From Leucoraja erinacea (Eukaryota): a stretch of 64,000 bases of DNA. Under the pieces are notes generated by a model. That model made no database searches, was not told where the DNA came from, and saw only the letters and a list, made by a program, of their open reading frames with translations. The stretch lies in NCBI RefSeq assembly GCF_028641065.1, contig NC_073391.1, positions 34,162,001 through 34,226,000 of the forward strand, given 5' to 3'. Below, one piece after another: positions 1 to 11,539 of this stretch. Every line of letters starts with the position of its first letter. Position 1 is the stretch's first letter. The position numbers and the translations under genes are program-made.

Positions 1-763
1 GGGGGGGCCCCATGCTAGTTTTCGACTTGCCAACCCTGGGGAAAAGATTGTATCTCATGGTGCTCCTCAGCCACTCTCCAGGGGAAAGAAGTCCCAGCCT
101 CCAGTCACGGTAACTGTCCGCATGTTCTCTCTAACTCCCCAGCTAAACGTTCCCATGCAAAACATTGCCTGTCCATTCCCTCCACAGATGCTGCTTGACC
201 CACTGAGTTCCTCCAGCACTTTCTTTTGCTCAAGATTCCAGCATCTGCAGTTGTCTAACCAATTTGGTTTCTGTTTCCACGGATGCTGCCAGACCGCTGT
301 GTGTTTCAGCATTTGTTATTTCAATTTTTTCCCTGTGGCCATATGCCGTTTCCTCCCTCATCCAAAAGACGTGCAGGTTGGTAGGTAAATTGGCTTCTTT
401 GAATTGTCCCTAGAGTTTAATGTTCGTCGGCTGGGCCAAAGGGCCTGTTTCCACGATGTACATCTAAACAATTAGTCAACAGAACTCTTTAAAAATTTTT
501 TTTTTTAAAAACACATTCCTTCGCTGGTGAAGGGTCCAGACCTGAAACTACATCTGTTCACTTCACAGATGGTGCCCGACCTGCTGAGCTCCTCTAGCAC
601 TATGGGCTTTGCTCAAAGTCCCAGCATCTTGCGATGCCTTGGCAAGTTTAGGTTCTGTCCACAAGGTGGAGACAGAACACCAGTTTGAGATCTGGGACCT
701 GACTCTCGCCAACAACCTGATCTTAATGCAGCTGTTTGTGGAACATGACAAACATTAATGTCA

Positions 764-769
764 TTTATT
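764..769 (-). terminator. Candidate POLL polyadenylation signal (AATAAA)
   Basis: TTTATT on the + strand in non-repeat AT-rich sequence about 1.26 kb past the POLL stop codon. Confidence 0.4.
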
Positions 770-859
770 AAAATGTAAAAGCTTTTACAGAGACAACACA
801 GCAGGATTGGATAACTTCATTAAAATGAGATCAATTAATCCAGATGTTGGTGAACCAGA

Positions 860-1372
860 ATCATACAGTATAGAAACAGGCCCTTTGGGCCATCTCATCC
901 ATGCCAACCAAGATGCTCCATCTTAACTAGTCCCATTAGGGCCCATTATCCCTCTGATCCTTTCAAACCATATACCTGTCTAAGCATAATTTAAATGTTA
1001 TAGTACCTGCGTTAACTACCTTCTCTGGCAGCTCGTTCAATGTATCCGCCACCCTTGGTGTGAAAAGGCTGCCCCTCAGATTACTATTAAATCTTTCCCC
1101 TCTCACCTTCAAGCCATGTCCTCTAATTCTTTATTCATCTACCTTGGGTAACAGCTCTGTGAATTCACCCTTTTCATCTCATGATTTTATACAACTATAA
1201 GATTACCCCTCAGCCTCCTGCACTCCAAGGAAGAGTCCTAGCTTGTTCAAGCTCTTGCTATTGCTCAGGAATTTGAGTCCTAGGAATATCCTCAAATCTT
1301 CTCTGCACTCCTTCCAGCTTAATGGCATCTTTGCTTTAGCAGGGTGACCAAAACAGAACGCAATACTCCCAA
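860..1372 (-). mobile_element. Degenerate CR1 LINE 3' fragment (in presumed POLL 3'UTR)
   Basis: Matches the CR1 ORF2 C-terminus and 3' end seen in many other copies in the window. Confidence 0.65.
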
Positions 1373-2030
1373 GTTAATATTTGACGAGTTTAAAGAAGTT
1401 CCCGACCCGAAATGTCACCTGTCCATTCCCTCCACAGATGCTGCCTGACCCACTGAGTTCCTCCCACACTTTGTGTTTTGATTGTGATTACAACACCTGC
1501 AGTTCCTTGTGTCTCTATTAGATCGTACTTTTTCCCCATTCATCCCCAGAAAGGTGATAGGGTGGAAACAGGCCCTTCAGCCCAACTTGCCCATCCCTTG
1601 CTAGCACAACGCCCACCACTTTGTGAACCTCTGCCTGGGCACGGTACCAGTGAGTAGGGAGGGGTTTCAGGATCTTTGATCATACCCTAGTGTCTGTGAC
1701 AGTGCAGGGATTCACGACAAGAGAAAGGAGCAGAATTTAGGCCATTCAGCACATCGAGTGCTCCGCCATTCAATCATGGCTAATCTATCTTTTCCACAAC
1801 TCCATTCCCTGTGACCTTTGACACCCTTACTAATCAAAAACCTATCAATCTCTGCTTTAAAAACACCTGTTGACTTAGCCTCCACCACCATCTGTAGCAA
1901 CAAATTCCACAGATTCACCACCCTCGGGCCCAAAGGAAGAGGTCCAATGTTCATGTCATAGGAGCAGAAGTAGGCCATTCAACTCGGATTTGGCCTCCAT
2001 CGCTGTCTGTGGCAAAGAATTTGCAGAGAT

Positions 2031-2389
2031 TCACCAGTCCCTCTCCCGCGGCTCTCTGTACACCAGCCCCAGCTTCTCGAAGACTGCCTCCTCGCTGGGG
2101 GTGGGGACGGAGATGCCGGCAGCGACTTTGGTGCCGCCCTTCCTGAGGACCCGGCAGCTGAGCGAGTGCTCCGACAGGCTCATGTCCCTAGTCTTGGCCA
2201 GGGCTCGCATGGAACGGTTAAAGTGGGCCGACCCAGTGAAGTAGAGCAAGGCGCAGGCGAACTCCGCGTACGGCACCACGATGATGTCCAGCCGCCGGTA
2301 GCGCCGCCCGGCTCCCGGGAGCCGGCAGACGCCCAGGTACTTGACTTGGTTCCTGTTCTCCAGACTGACCAGGTCATCCGTGATAAACC
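2031..2389 (-). CDS. POLL: DNA polymerase lambda, last coding exon (palm/thumb: GFITDDLVS...RRLDII...[13 protein letters not shown]...YREPRERDW*)
   Basis: Pol X motifs (RLD catalytic Asp, YFTGS) and the characteristic C-terminus ERDW*; acceptor ctag|GG; 359 nt, phase fits the previous exon. Confidence 0.97.
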
Positions 2390-3211
2390 CTAGCAGCAGA
2401 AAATTCAGCGGTCAATAAACTGTGCAAAACAATCAGGCCCCCATTCACGGAGTGAACCATGTCAAACGAGTGTATCCTGAAATAAAAACAAAATTCTACA
2501 AACCTTCAGCAGGTCAGGCAGCATCTGTGGGAAGGATCCTCAAGCTTGTTTATCTCTCCACTGTCGCTGCCTGACCTAACGAGTGTTTCTGGCATTTCTG
2601 TTTGTTTTTGGTTTACTCCGTTAATGCGGGCCTGATTTAGCACAGGACCAGGCCCTTTGGGCCATAATGCCCGTATTAAACATGATGACAAGTTAAACTG
2701 ACCTCATTTGCCTGTACATGATCCATATCCCTTAACTCCCTGCACTTCCATAGGCCCATGTAAAGCCTCTTAAATGCCACTATCACTCCAGGCAATACAG
2801 TCCAGCACCTAGATGTAAATACTTGAACCGCACGTCTCCGTTAAACTTTCTCCCTCTCACCTTAAAGCTACATTTCCATCCTGGGAAAGAGGTTCTGACT
2901 ATCTATGGGTCTCTTAATTGTATATACTTCTATCAAGTCACCCTCCAACGCTCCAGAGAAAACAATCTAAAAGTTCACCCATCTCCTTTTAGCAGAAACC
3001 CTCTAATGAATAATTCTGGTCAACTTCCGGTGCACCCTCTCCAAAGCCTACACATCTCCCTGTATTCGGGTGACCAGAACAGCACTCAATACTCGCAATA
3101 ACTCCAAAATTTGGTTTTCCTCTGGAGATACCCTGCCTCTGAACCCGGGATGCCTCTGAACCTAAACCTTGTGAGTTGTGAGTATGAGTTGCCGCACCAG
3201 CCCATGCTCAC

Positions 3212-3380
3212 CATCGCTGCGCAGACCGTCGAGGAGTTTGTTGAAGACGCCTCGGTGCGAATGTCCATCGGGGTGGGTGATGAGGATGTCCACGTCCCCG
3301 CAGGTGGGCTTCCCCCGTCGGAACGAACCGCAGGCGAGGCCGACCAGGCCTGGGTTGATGGAATGGGCCATGTCACAAAC
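3212..3380 (-). CDS. POLL: POLL coding exon 6 ([23 protein letters not shown], catalytic DxD)
   Basis: Nucleotidyltransferase signature GS-RRG...GDVD; cag|GTT acceptor and G|gtgagc donor; 169 nt. Confidence 0.97.
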
Positions 3381-3763
3381 CTGGACAGCACAGGGCACAC
3401 AGTCATGCAGCACGGAGACAGGCCCTTTGGCTAAACTCGTCTATGCCGATCAAGATGCCCCACCTGCACTTGTCCCTTCTGCCAGCAATTGGCCCATATC
3501 CCTCTAAACTTTTCTTTAAGCTTAGTTTAGTTTATTAAAAGTCACGTGTACTGAAGTACAGTGTAAAGCTTTTTGTTGCGTGCTATCCAATTAACAAAAG
3601 ACTACAAATGATCACACTCAAGCCGTCCATAGTGTACAAATACAAGATAATGGTAATAACGTTTAGTGCAAGATGAAGTCCAATAAAGTCCATTAAAGAT
3701 AGTTCAATGGCCTCCAATGAGGTAGGTAAAAGGTCAGGACCACACTCTAGCTGGTGAGAAGAC

Positions 3764-4139
3764 CGGTCTGCATTAACCAACCTGATCTCCCAGTGGCTCA
3801 GCACTTCAACTTCACCTCCCATTCCGAATTCGACCTTTCTGTCCTGGGCCTCCTCCAACGCCAGAGTGAGCACCACCAGATATTGGAGGAGCAGCATCTC
3901 ATATTCCGCTTGGGCAATTTGCACCCTAGCGGCATAAACATTGACTTCTCCAATTTCCGGTAGCCCTTGCTGTCTCCTCCCCTTCTCAGCCCTCGGGCTC
4001 CTCCTCTTCCTTTCTTCTCTCCGCCCCCCACCCCAGCCCACATCAGTCTGAAGAAGGGTTTCAGCAAGAAATGTTGCCTCTTTCCTTCGCTCCATAGATG
4101 CTGCTGCACCCGCTGAGTTTCTCCAGCACTTTTGTCTAC
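3764..4139 (+). mobile_element. 5'-truncated Penelope-like element (GIY-YIG C-terminus plus 3' pLTR end) with 13-bp TSD
   Basis: Encodes ...PDLPVAQHFN...LEEQHLIFRLGNLHPSGINIDFSNFR*; CTGGTGAGAAGAC duplicated at 3751-3763 and 4140-4152; degenerate CTGAAGA hammerhead motif near 4048. Confidence 0.85.
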
Positions 4140-4485
4140 CTGGTGAGAAGACTGTTCTGTTGACTGATGAGAAAGTGTCCCTGAATCTCTATGTAACCCT
4201 GCATGCATTTTCAAACTCTTGTACCTTTTGCCTGTCTGACCCACCTCTGACTTTTAAATATTGTTATTGTACCTGCCTCAACTACCTCCCTCTGACAACT
4301 CATTGCCAGAGGAGAAAGTTGTGATAGGTTTGCAAATAAAGTTCTGATTCCCTGTAAAGTGTAGTGAAGACTGTATTTATCAGACAGAACCTGCCTGATA
4401 ATTTGCCGCAGGGCAGATTCAGGAGAAAGCCTTCAGTCTTGAAGCATGGTTTTGACCAAAAAAATGACAGTCCCTTCCGCCCCTT

Positions 4486-4512
4486 CCCCCCCCCCCCCCC
4501 CCCCCCCCCCCC
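4486..4512. repeat. Poly-C tract (27 nt)
   Basis: Direct reading. Confidence 0.9.
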
Positions 4513-4919
4513 AGATGCGGGTCGACCCACCGGACAAACTGCAAGCTAAAAACCGACGAAGGGTCTCGATCGAAATGTCGCCCATTCCTTCTCTCCAAAG
4601 ATACTGCCTGTCCCTGCTTAGTTACTCCAGCTTTTTGTGTTTATCTTCGGTTTAAACCAGCATCTTCAGTTCCTTCCTACACACATTTTTGATTGATTGA
4701 TTGATTGATTTATAGATACAACATGGAAACAGGCCGTTCAGCCCACTGAGTCATCGATCACCCGTTCACACTAGTTCTATGTTATCCCACTTTCACATCC
4801 AGTCCCCACATACTAGGAGCAATTTGCTGGGGGCCAACTAACCTACAAATCCGCAAGCCTTTGGGGTGTGGGGGTAAACCGGAGTAGTGATGGTTCCACA
4901 CTCACACAGAGGCACTTAC

Positions 4920-5048
4920 AGTTTTCTCAATCTCAGCTGCCTCTTCCCTGGGCATGCGATCCAGGAAGTCATGGTAGTGCTTGAGACCTATCGCCTGCTG
5001 TCTGGTGAGACTGGCTTTCGTCTTAATGTCCTCCAACGTTCTGAATCC
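4920..5048 (-). CDS. POLL: POLL coding exon 5 ([43 protein letters not shown])
   Basis: Hand translation matches the Pol lambda fingers region; tgcag|GGA acceptor and ACT|gtaagt donor; 129 nt. Confidence 0.96.
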
Positions 5049-5439
5049 CTGCAAAACACAGCAAAGGCACTGAAGCTTTTCGGTGAATAGTGCAAGGGAA
5101 AGGAAGTGGCAATGCAGAAGGGATCTTAATTTCCAGAAAAAGTTCGGTATTTACGAGCCTGGATGGGCTGTGGAAACCTTAATGGGTTAGTTTCTAACAA
5201 ATACATCAGCATTTATAGAATCATAGTCACATTCTATGCAAGCAGGCGCTTCGGCCCAACTCATTCATGCTGACCACGTTGTCTAATGGAGCTGGTCCTA
5301 TTTTCCTGTGTTGGTCAATATCCCTCAGCAGCAGCTTCTTCCCAAACTACCAACTCCAACTATACTCTGAACGACACTTTCTTGATTACGCAAGGGACTT
5401 GGGGCATTATCTTTGTCGTTGCACCATATTGGGTTTTTT

Positions 5440-5584
5440 TTGGCATTTGGGAGGAAACTGGAGCACCCGAGAAAACCCACGCAGGTCATGGGGTGACCGT
5501 ACAAACAGCACCCATAGAGAGGATCAAACCCGGGTCTCTGGCGCTGTGAGGCAGCAACTCGACTGCTGCGCCACTGTGCCACCC
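5440..5584 (-). mobile_element. tRNA-derived V-SINE (HE1-like), 5' part
   Basis: A box TGGCGCAGC, B box GGTTTGATCC and V-domain on the minus strand. Confidence 0.8.
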
Positions 5585-5640
5585 TACCAGGTTGAAAGTA
5601 CTGTCGGCACTCAGGACTCTGCACACCACAAGCTCCTCAC

Positions 5641-5814
5641 CTGCTGGTACCACATCTGGGCTGTCTTCACGCCAGCTCCCCAGATGTTGGAAAAGGTCCC
5701 CAGCACAGAGACACTGTCGCCCAGGTGATCTAACTTGCGCAGATGGCCAGTTTGCAGGATCTCCCAAATCTTCTCGGCCAGCCTCTTGCCGATCCCGGGG
5801 ATCTCACAGGCTTC
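5641..5814 (-). CDS. POLL: POLL coding exon 4 ([16 protein letters not shown]...[15 protein letters not shown]; HhH motifs, dRP-lyase Lys)
   Basis: Two helix-hairpin-helix motifs; ccgcag|GAA acceptor and CAG|gtgagg donor; 174 nt. Confidence 0.97.
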
Positions 5815-6528
5815 CTGCGGAGAGTGAACGGGAGCGATGATGATTCCGAAATGCACAAAACCCTGAGAGGGGCAGACTTTCAAAACAAAAAAACATGCAA
5901 AAAAAGATGTTGGAAATGCAAAATAAAACATACAATGTCAGAAATTCTTATCTGGTCAGGCAGCATCTGTGGGGACAGGCGGGCTGAACGTTTCAGGCCC
6001 ATGGAACTTCTGCTGAGGAATTCCAGATCTGAAACCTCAACGGGTTCTCTTTTTTTGTTCATTGATTCTCATTCATGGCATTTAAAAGACTTTTGTAAAG
6101 GCACATGGACATGCAGAGAAAGGTGGGGCATGGGCTACGTGCAAGTAGATAATAGGTATAGTGCGGCACATTGGCGTAGCTGTAGAGTGCTACAGATGCT
6201 GCTTGAGTCCATGGTGGGGAGAGTGGTCTGTGTGATGGGCCGGGCGCTCCATCCACAACTCTGTAATTTCTTGCGGCCTTGGGCAGAGCTGTTCCCAAAC
6301 CCAGCTGTGATACTAACATGTGTAGGAAGGAACTGCAGATACTGGTTTAAATGAAAGAATGACACAAAAAGCTGGAGTAACTCAGCGGGACAGGCAGCAT
6401 CTCTGGAGAAAAGGAATAGGTGGCGTTTCGGTTTGAGACCCTTCCTTAGGCTGAGTTTTTTGTGCTTTTTGTGTCTATCTGTGAGATGGAAGCTTCATTC
6501 CTTCGGGGAGGCGGTGAGAATGTTTTAC

Positions 6529-6837
6529 CTGATAGGTGGAGATTGGTTTGTGATGGCTCTTCAGGGCGTTGATGGCCTTGCTGTATCCCAGCGCTCGCCA
6601 CTTGTCGCCCTGGTGTGTGTACGCTGTCTCCAACGCCTTCAGCTTGTCCGTGATGGCCTGGTTGTGGTTGAGCTGCTTGCTTTCCGACGAGCGGGAACAC
6701 ACCCATTTGCCTCTGCCAGCGGCTCCGCTGGAGTCGGGGTCCACAGCACCACGCTCGCCCCCAGAGATCAGAGCTCGCAGGTCACGTTGGGACACACCTT
6801 CATCCTCAGACTCGCTGCTACTGTCAGTGTTGGGGAG
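6529..6837 (-). CDS. POLL: POLL coding exon 3 (end of Ser/Pro linker plus start of 8-kDa domain: KWVC...[27 protein letters not shown])
   Basis: Pol lambda GDKWRALGY motif; ccgcag|CTC acceptor (an in-frame stop lies upstream) and CAG|gtaaaa donor; 309 nt. Confidence 0.93.
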
Positions 6838-6934
6838 CTGCGGAGAGATCATAAATGGTGCTCAGTGGCAGGGTCCCTGGCATGACTGGGTTGAATGACA
6901 TACAAGGCGCGTTTGACAGCTCAGGGTGTGTACT

Positions 6935-7290
6935 CACTGGATGAGGAGGGATCTTATTGAAATCTACCAAATAATGAAAGGCCTGGATAGAGTGGACGTG
7001 GAGAGGATGATTCCACTAGTGGGAGAGTCTAGGATCAGTGGGCACAGCCTCAGAATAAAAGGACACACCTTAGAAAGGAGATGAGGAAGAATTTCTTTAG
7101 TCGGAGGGTGGTAAATCTGTGGAATTCATTGCCACAGACAGCTATGGAGGCCAAGTAATTCGGAATTTTTAAAGCAGAGATCGACAGGTTCTTAAGGGAG
7201 TCAAACGTTACGGGGAGAAGGCAGGAGCATAGCGTTGAGAAGGAAAAATAGATCAGCCATGATTGAATGGCGGAGCATAATGTTGGGCAG
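6935..7290 (+). mobile_element. CR1 LINE 3' fragment
   Basis: Contains the CR1 ORF2 end (..FFSRRVVNLWNSLP..) and the gatcagccatgattgaatggcgg 3' motif. Confidence 0.75.
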
Positions 7291-7355
7291 GATTACATTT
7301 CATTGTTCCGTTTCGGGACACATGACAATAAAACACTTGACTCGTGTTTACTTAC

Positions 7356-7855
7356 CTGGGCTGTAGAGGCATGAAGTTTTTCGCTGCTCTCTGTGATGGC
7401 TTGGGGGTGCTGGGCTGCGACTCCCTCTGCCTTTGGGCACTGCGAGCTGGCGTTTGGCGACGGGGTAGGCCGCCCACTGAGTTCAGGGTGCACGTTCCCG
7501 CATTGGCCCTCGTCTCCTGCCGTGGGCGCAGGGAGCGGCGGCTCGGTCGGGAGGAGGTGTCCCGGGGTGCAGAGGGCGTGGGCTGCAGTGCTCAGCAACC
7601 TCCGCTGAGAGATGCAGGAGCTGAGCCAGGCGGAGCGCAGCAGGCAGACGCTGGCTGGCAGCACCTCCAGCCGCAGCAGGCGAAGGGCACGCTCGGCATC
7701 CATCCCATCGTCCACCACCACGTGGGTAACCGCTGGGCCGAAGACCAGGCTGACCTCTCCCCCATTCTGTGATATCTGCTTCTGGAAGATCTCCGTCCGA
7801 GCCTTTCCAATCCCGGCTGGTACAATGTACACCGTCACTCCACTCAACCACTGCT
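7356..7855 (-). CDS. POLL: POLL coding exon 2 (BRCT domain plus Pro-rich linker)
   Basis: EQWLSGVTVYIVPAGIGKARTEIFQKQI...VTHVVVD...LRSAWLSSCI matches the Pol lambda BRCT; tgtag|AG acceptor and CAG|gtaagt donor; 500 nt. Confidence 0.92.
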
Positions 7856-8478
7856 CTACAATGGAATGGATGCGGGGATAATAGTGTTACAACCACAATG
7901 TACAACACAGAACAGTACAGGAAGAGGCCACACTGTCTGTGCCCAATATAAGGCCAAGACCAACTCTTTTTTGCCTGCACATATTCTAGACAGTATGATT
8001 TGAATGGATAGCATGCAGGTTTTGTGTTTATCCCACATTCTCATCCACTTCCTACACACTAGGGGGGAATTTACAGAGGCCTATTAACCTACAAACCTGC
8101 CGCCTTTGGGATGTGGGAGGAAACAGGAGCACCCGGAGGAAACTCTCACGGTCACAGGGCAAACTCCACATACAGACATCACTCGGGGTCAGGATTGAAC
8201 CCGGGTCTCTGGCGATGTGAGGTAGCAACTCTTTAATCGGAATTTCGTGGACTTGCACTAAACGTTATTCCCTTTATCCTGTATCTGTACACTGTGAATG
8301 GCTTGGTTGTAATCATGTAGAGGCTTTCCACTGACTGGTTGGCACGCAACAAAAAGCTTTTGCCTGTACCTTGGTACAGGTGACAATAAACAAAACTAAA
8401 CCCACTGCGGAGAGCAAACAAACAAAGCTATTCATTATACTTTCAGTACAGGTTACAATAATATATCAATAGTTCTAC

Positions 8479-8587
8479 CTTTGGCTTCCTCCGGCTTCTT
8501 CTTCAGGGGCTCCCCGTCTGTGGTGGACTGGACACCCTGGGATCGCTTCACCTTTCGAAAAGCCTTCACGATCCCCTGAGGATCCAT
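8479..8587 (-). CDS. POLL: POLL first coding exon (MDPQGIVKAFRKVKRSQ...KKKPEEAK; basic NLS-like); the exon extends as 5'UTR to an acceptor at 8630
   Basis: Resembles the human N-terminus MDPRGILKAFPKRQK; G|gtagaa donor; 109 nt, phase 1 joins the BRCT exon. Confidence 0.92.
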
Positions 8588-9429
8588 GCACAGCCCGCCA
8601 GCCGCTGGTGAGGGTTAGCGTTTATCCCACCTGTACAACGATTGGTGAGAAAGATACGTGTCAGCACCCATGCTCCTGCGTTTACTACCCAAAGTGGCCA
8701 AACCTCGCCAGAGTTTCTGCTGGAAGCTGTGTCTGCACTCACTAAGGACTTTGCACTAAAACACCTGCACAAAGTACTTTGATTTTTACTCGATCATGGT
8801 CTAATTTACTGAGAATAACTAATCGTTTAATGTATATTTATTTTTGTTGCCTCTAATGTGCCAATAAAATTGCAGCAGGAATTATATTGTTCCGTTTCCT
8901 ATCCAGTGCCTATGACACATCAATACTTGGTCACCCACACAGCTACCACCCCTGCTCGCAAGAGTTAGAGTTAGTGAGTGATGCAAGTGAGCAAAGGATA
9001 CAGAAGTACCCTGGGCGGCAGAACCTTCAGTTCATTGGCTATATTTAAGAGGGAGTTAGGTGTGGCCTTTGTGGCTAAGGGGATCAGAGGGTATGGAGAG
9101 AAGGCAGGTACGGGATACTGAGTTGGATGATCAGCCATGATCATATTGAATGTGAATAGTGCAGGCTCGAAGGGCCGAATGGCCTACTCCTGCACCTAAT
9201 TTCTATGTTCCTATGTTTCAACATGCACCAGCACTGACTGCTGGCCGGGTGTTGAAGGACAACGTTGGTGCAATGTGACTTCTCGAAACAGAGCTGTAGA
9301 CTGGATCAGTGGCCAGTGATGAGTGAACTAACGCAAGAGACAGGAGTTTATGATTTACTGCAGGAAGCGAAGCGATACACCTTCCCCGGTATACATTGAT
9401 GGCGACAAAGTAGAGATGCTTCAAGTTTA

Positions 9430-9835
9430 AAGTTTCAAGTTCTTAGGAATAAATATTACTAGCAATTTGTCCTGGACCAGCCATATCAAAGCAATGACTA
9501 AGAAAACGCACCAACGCCTCCACTTCCTTAGAAGCCCAGGAAGTTTGGCATGTCCCCAACAACCCTCATCAACTTCTACAAAATAGCTGTAGAAAACATT
9601 TTATCAGGATGCTTCACAGAATGGTTTGGGAACAGCTCCAACCAAGCAAGAAATTGCAGAGAATTATGGACACAGCCCAGACCATCACACAAACCAACCT
9701 CCCTTCTCATGATTCCAACTACACCCCGCTGCCTCGGCAAGGCCACCAGCATAATCAAGGACGCATCTCAACTCACTTTTCTCCCCTCTCCCATCAGGCA
9801 AGAGGTACAGAAGTTTGAAAACGCGTATCTCCAGA
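9430..9835 (+). mobile_element. Rex1/Babar-like LINE fragment (RT C-terminal region)
   Basis: FKFLGINI..LSWT.HI...QRLHFLR...FGMS..TL.NFY...E.ILSGC.T.WFGN; same family recurs several times in the window. Confidence 0.7.
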
Positions 9836-10546
9836 TGCCCTCTAGTTTTTGAATCCTCTACCCTGAGAAAAAGACTATGAGTGTACGCTTTATCCATGCT
9901 CCTCATGATCTTGTTCACCTTTATAAGGTCACCCCTTAGCCTCCTACACTCTAAATAAATGGTCCCAGCCTATCCAACCTCCCTCTATAACTCAAGCCAG
10001 GGTAACCTGGTGTGAAACTATGTTTGTGATGATTCAAATGTTATGACTATTACTTTAATTGCTGTTATAGGAAAGATGCTAATAAGCTGAAAAAAGTACA
10101 GGGAAGATTTACGAGGATGTTGCCAGAATGCCAGGGCCCAAGCTTTAGGGAGAGATTGGGCAGGGTAGTTTTTTTTTCCTTGTAGCGTAGGAGAGTGAGA
10201 GGTGATCTTACAGCGGTGTACAAAATCATGAGAGGAATAGATCGGGTGAATTCTGAGTCTTTTATCCAGAGTTCGGGAATCAAGTATCACAGGTCATAAG
10301 TTTAAGGTTAGGGGGGAAAGATTTTTTCACACAGGGTATATGGAATGAGCTGTCAGGGGACGTAGTTGCGGCAGGTACTATGTCGTGTTTTATTGTCATA
10401 TGTCCCAGACAGAACATTGAAATTCTTACTTGCAGCAGCACAACCAAATATGAATATGTACTTTGTAAACAATATTATAAATGAAAAAAATGTTGTGTGC
10501 ATATGGGTGTGGGCAAAAAGACAAAACTAATGCTCCCAAGTCTATG

Positions 10547-10634
10547 GTACACGGAAATACTGGAGAAACTCAGCGGGTGCAGCAGCATCTATGGAGCGAA
10601 GGAAATAGGCAACGTTTCGGGCCGAAACCCTTCT
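10547..10634 (-). mobile_element. 88-bp Penelope-derived short insertion with perfect 13-bp TSD
   Basis: TCCCAAGTCTATG at 10534-10546 and 10635-10647; the insert is the pLTR 3' end, truncated inside the hammerhead motif. Confidence 0.8.
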
Positions 10635-11001
10635 TCCCAAGTCTATGTAGTTTGGAGCTTATGAAGTTTAATAGCCTAATTATAGGGAAGAGGTTAACAA
10701 TATTTAATAGACACTTGCACAGGTACATGGATGGGACAGGTTTGGAGGGAGAGGGGCCAAGAACAGGCAGGTGGGACATCTGGGCTAGATAATTTGGGCC
10801 GAAGGGCCTATGTCTGGTTTAAAGTGACCAACGGGCGAGGCCGGTGCGACAGGAAGCGGCCAATCAGAGCCCCGCTCCCGGCTGTGTGGCCCCGGGGCCT
10901 CTGCACCGGCGGGTTGATGATTAAATCACCGGAGCGGCGGGAGGGGAGCGCCGGCCGATCGCTGAGGTGACCCGGGCGGAGATGGCCGCGGCCTCACTCA
11001 C

Positions 11002-11080
11002 CGAGCCGGAAGTACCCAGCGGACAGCGAGCGGCCGGCGTGGATCAAACCGCGTCCATTCATAAAGCAGCAGCGGCGGGA
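11002..11080 (-). other. POLL: Probable POLL non-coding exon 1 (5' boundary unknown)
   Basis: Strong donor CG|gtgagt at 11001 on the minus strand inside the CpG island; the first coding exon has an acceptor upstream of its ATG, so a leader exon is needed. Confidence 0.6.
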
Positions 11081-11232
11081 AACGGCGGCGGGTGAAATCA
11101 GTGCACGCGGGCGGGGGCGGGGTCCGGGGTCCGGGGGGGCAGAGGGCAGGGGCCGGGGTCAGAGGGCGCGCCGCCAGAGAGGGGCGGGGCCAAGGGCGGC
11201 CGTTGCCGTGGAGACGGGCAGCCCGATGCAAG

Positions 11233-11296
11233 ATGGCGGCGCGGGTCTGGCTGGAGAGTCTGCGGGGAGCGAAGAAAACAGCGGTGGTGCAGGAAG
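11233..11296 (+). CDS. DPCD: DPCD exon 1 (MAARVWLESLRGAKKTAVVQEG)
   Basis: Resembles human [22 protein letters not shown]; good Kozak context; G|gtgagt donor; 64 nt. Confidence 0.95.
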
Positions 11297-11539
11297 GTGA
11301 GTGGAGGATGGGGAGAGGGGTGGTTGAAGGAAGGGAGGGAGAGAATGAAGAGAAAGAAGGAAGGGAGTAAAGGAATCGAGAGAAAAAGGGGACGGATTTA
11401 GAGGGAGAGCGTGGATGGATGGATGGAGGAGGGGTGTTAAGAAGAGGGAAAGGGGAGCGATAAAAGTTTATTGTCACGTGTACCGCGATACAGTGAAAAG
11501 TTTGAAAAGGAATAACTTTTAGTGGGAGATAAGGTCCAG

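Larger units (their letters stand above)
10830..11300. promoter_or_regulatory. CpG island / bidirectional POLL-DPCD promoter
   Basis: Strong CpG enrichment in an otherwise CpG-depleted window; CCAAT 10860-10864, ETS CCGGAAGT 11006-11013, GC boxes ~11109-11122 and 11181-11190, X-box 11202-11215, YY1 CAAGATGGCGGC 11229-11240; the two genes are head to head. Confidence 0.9.

Noticed and set aside
5743-6354. 203-aa plus-strand ORF
   Set aside because: Antisense to a POLL exon and running through repeat fragments; no recognisable domain
7293-7847. 184-aa ORF taken as a standalone BRCT protein
   Set aside because: It is an internal POLL exon; the start is a TTG and the end runs through the splice donor
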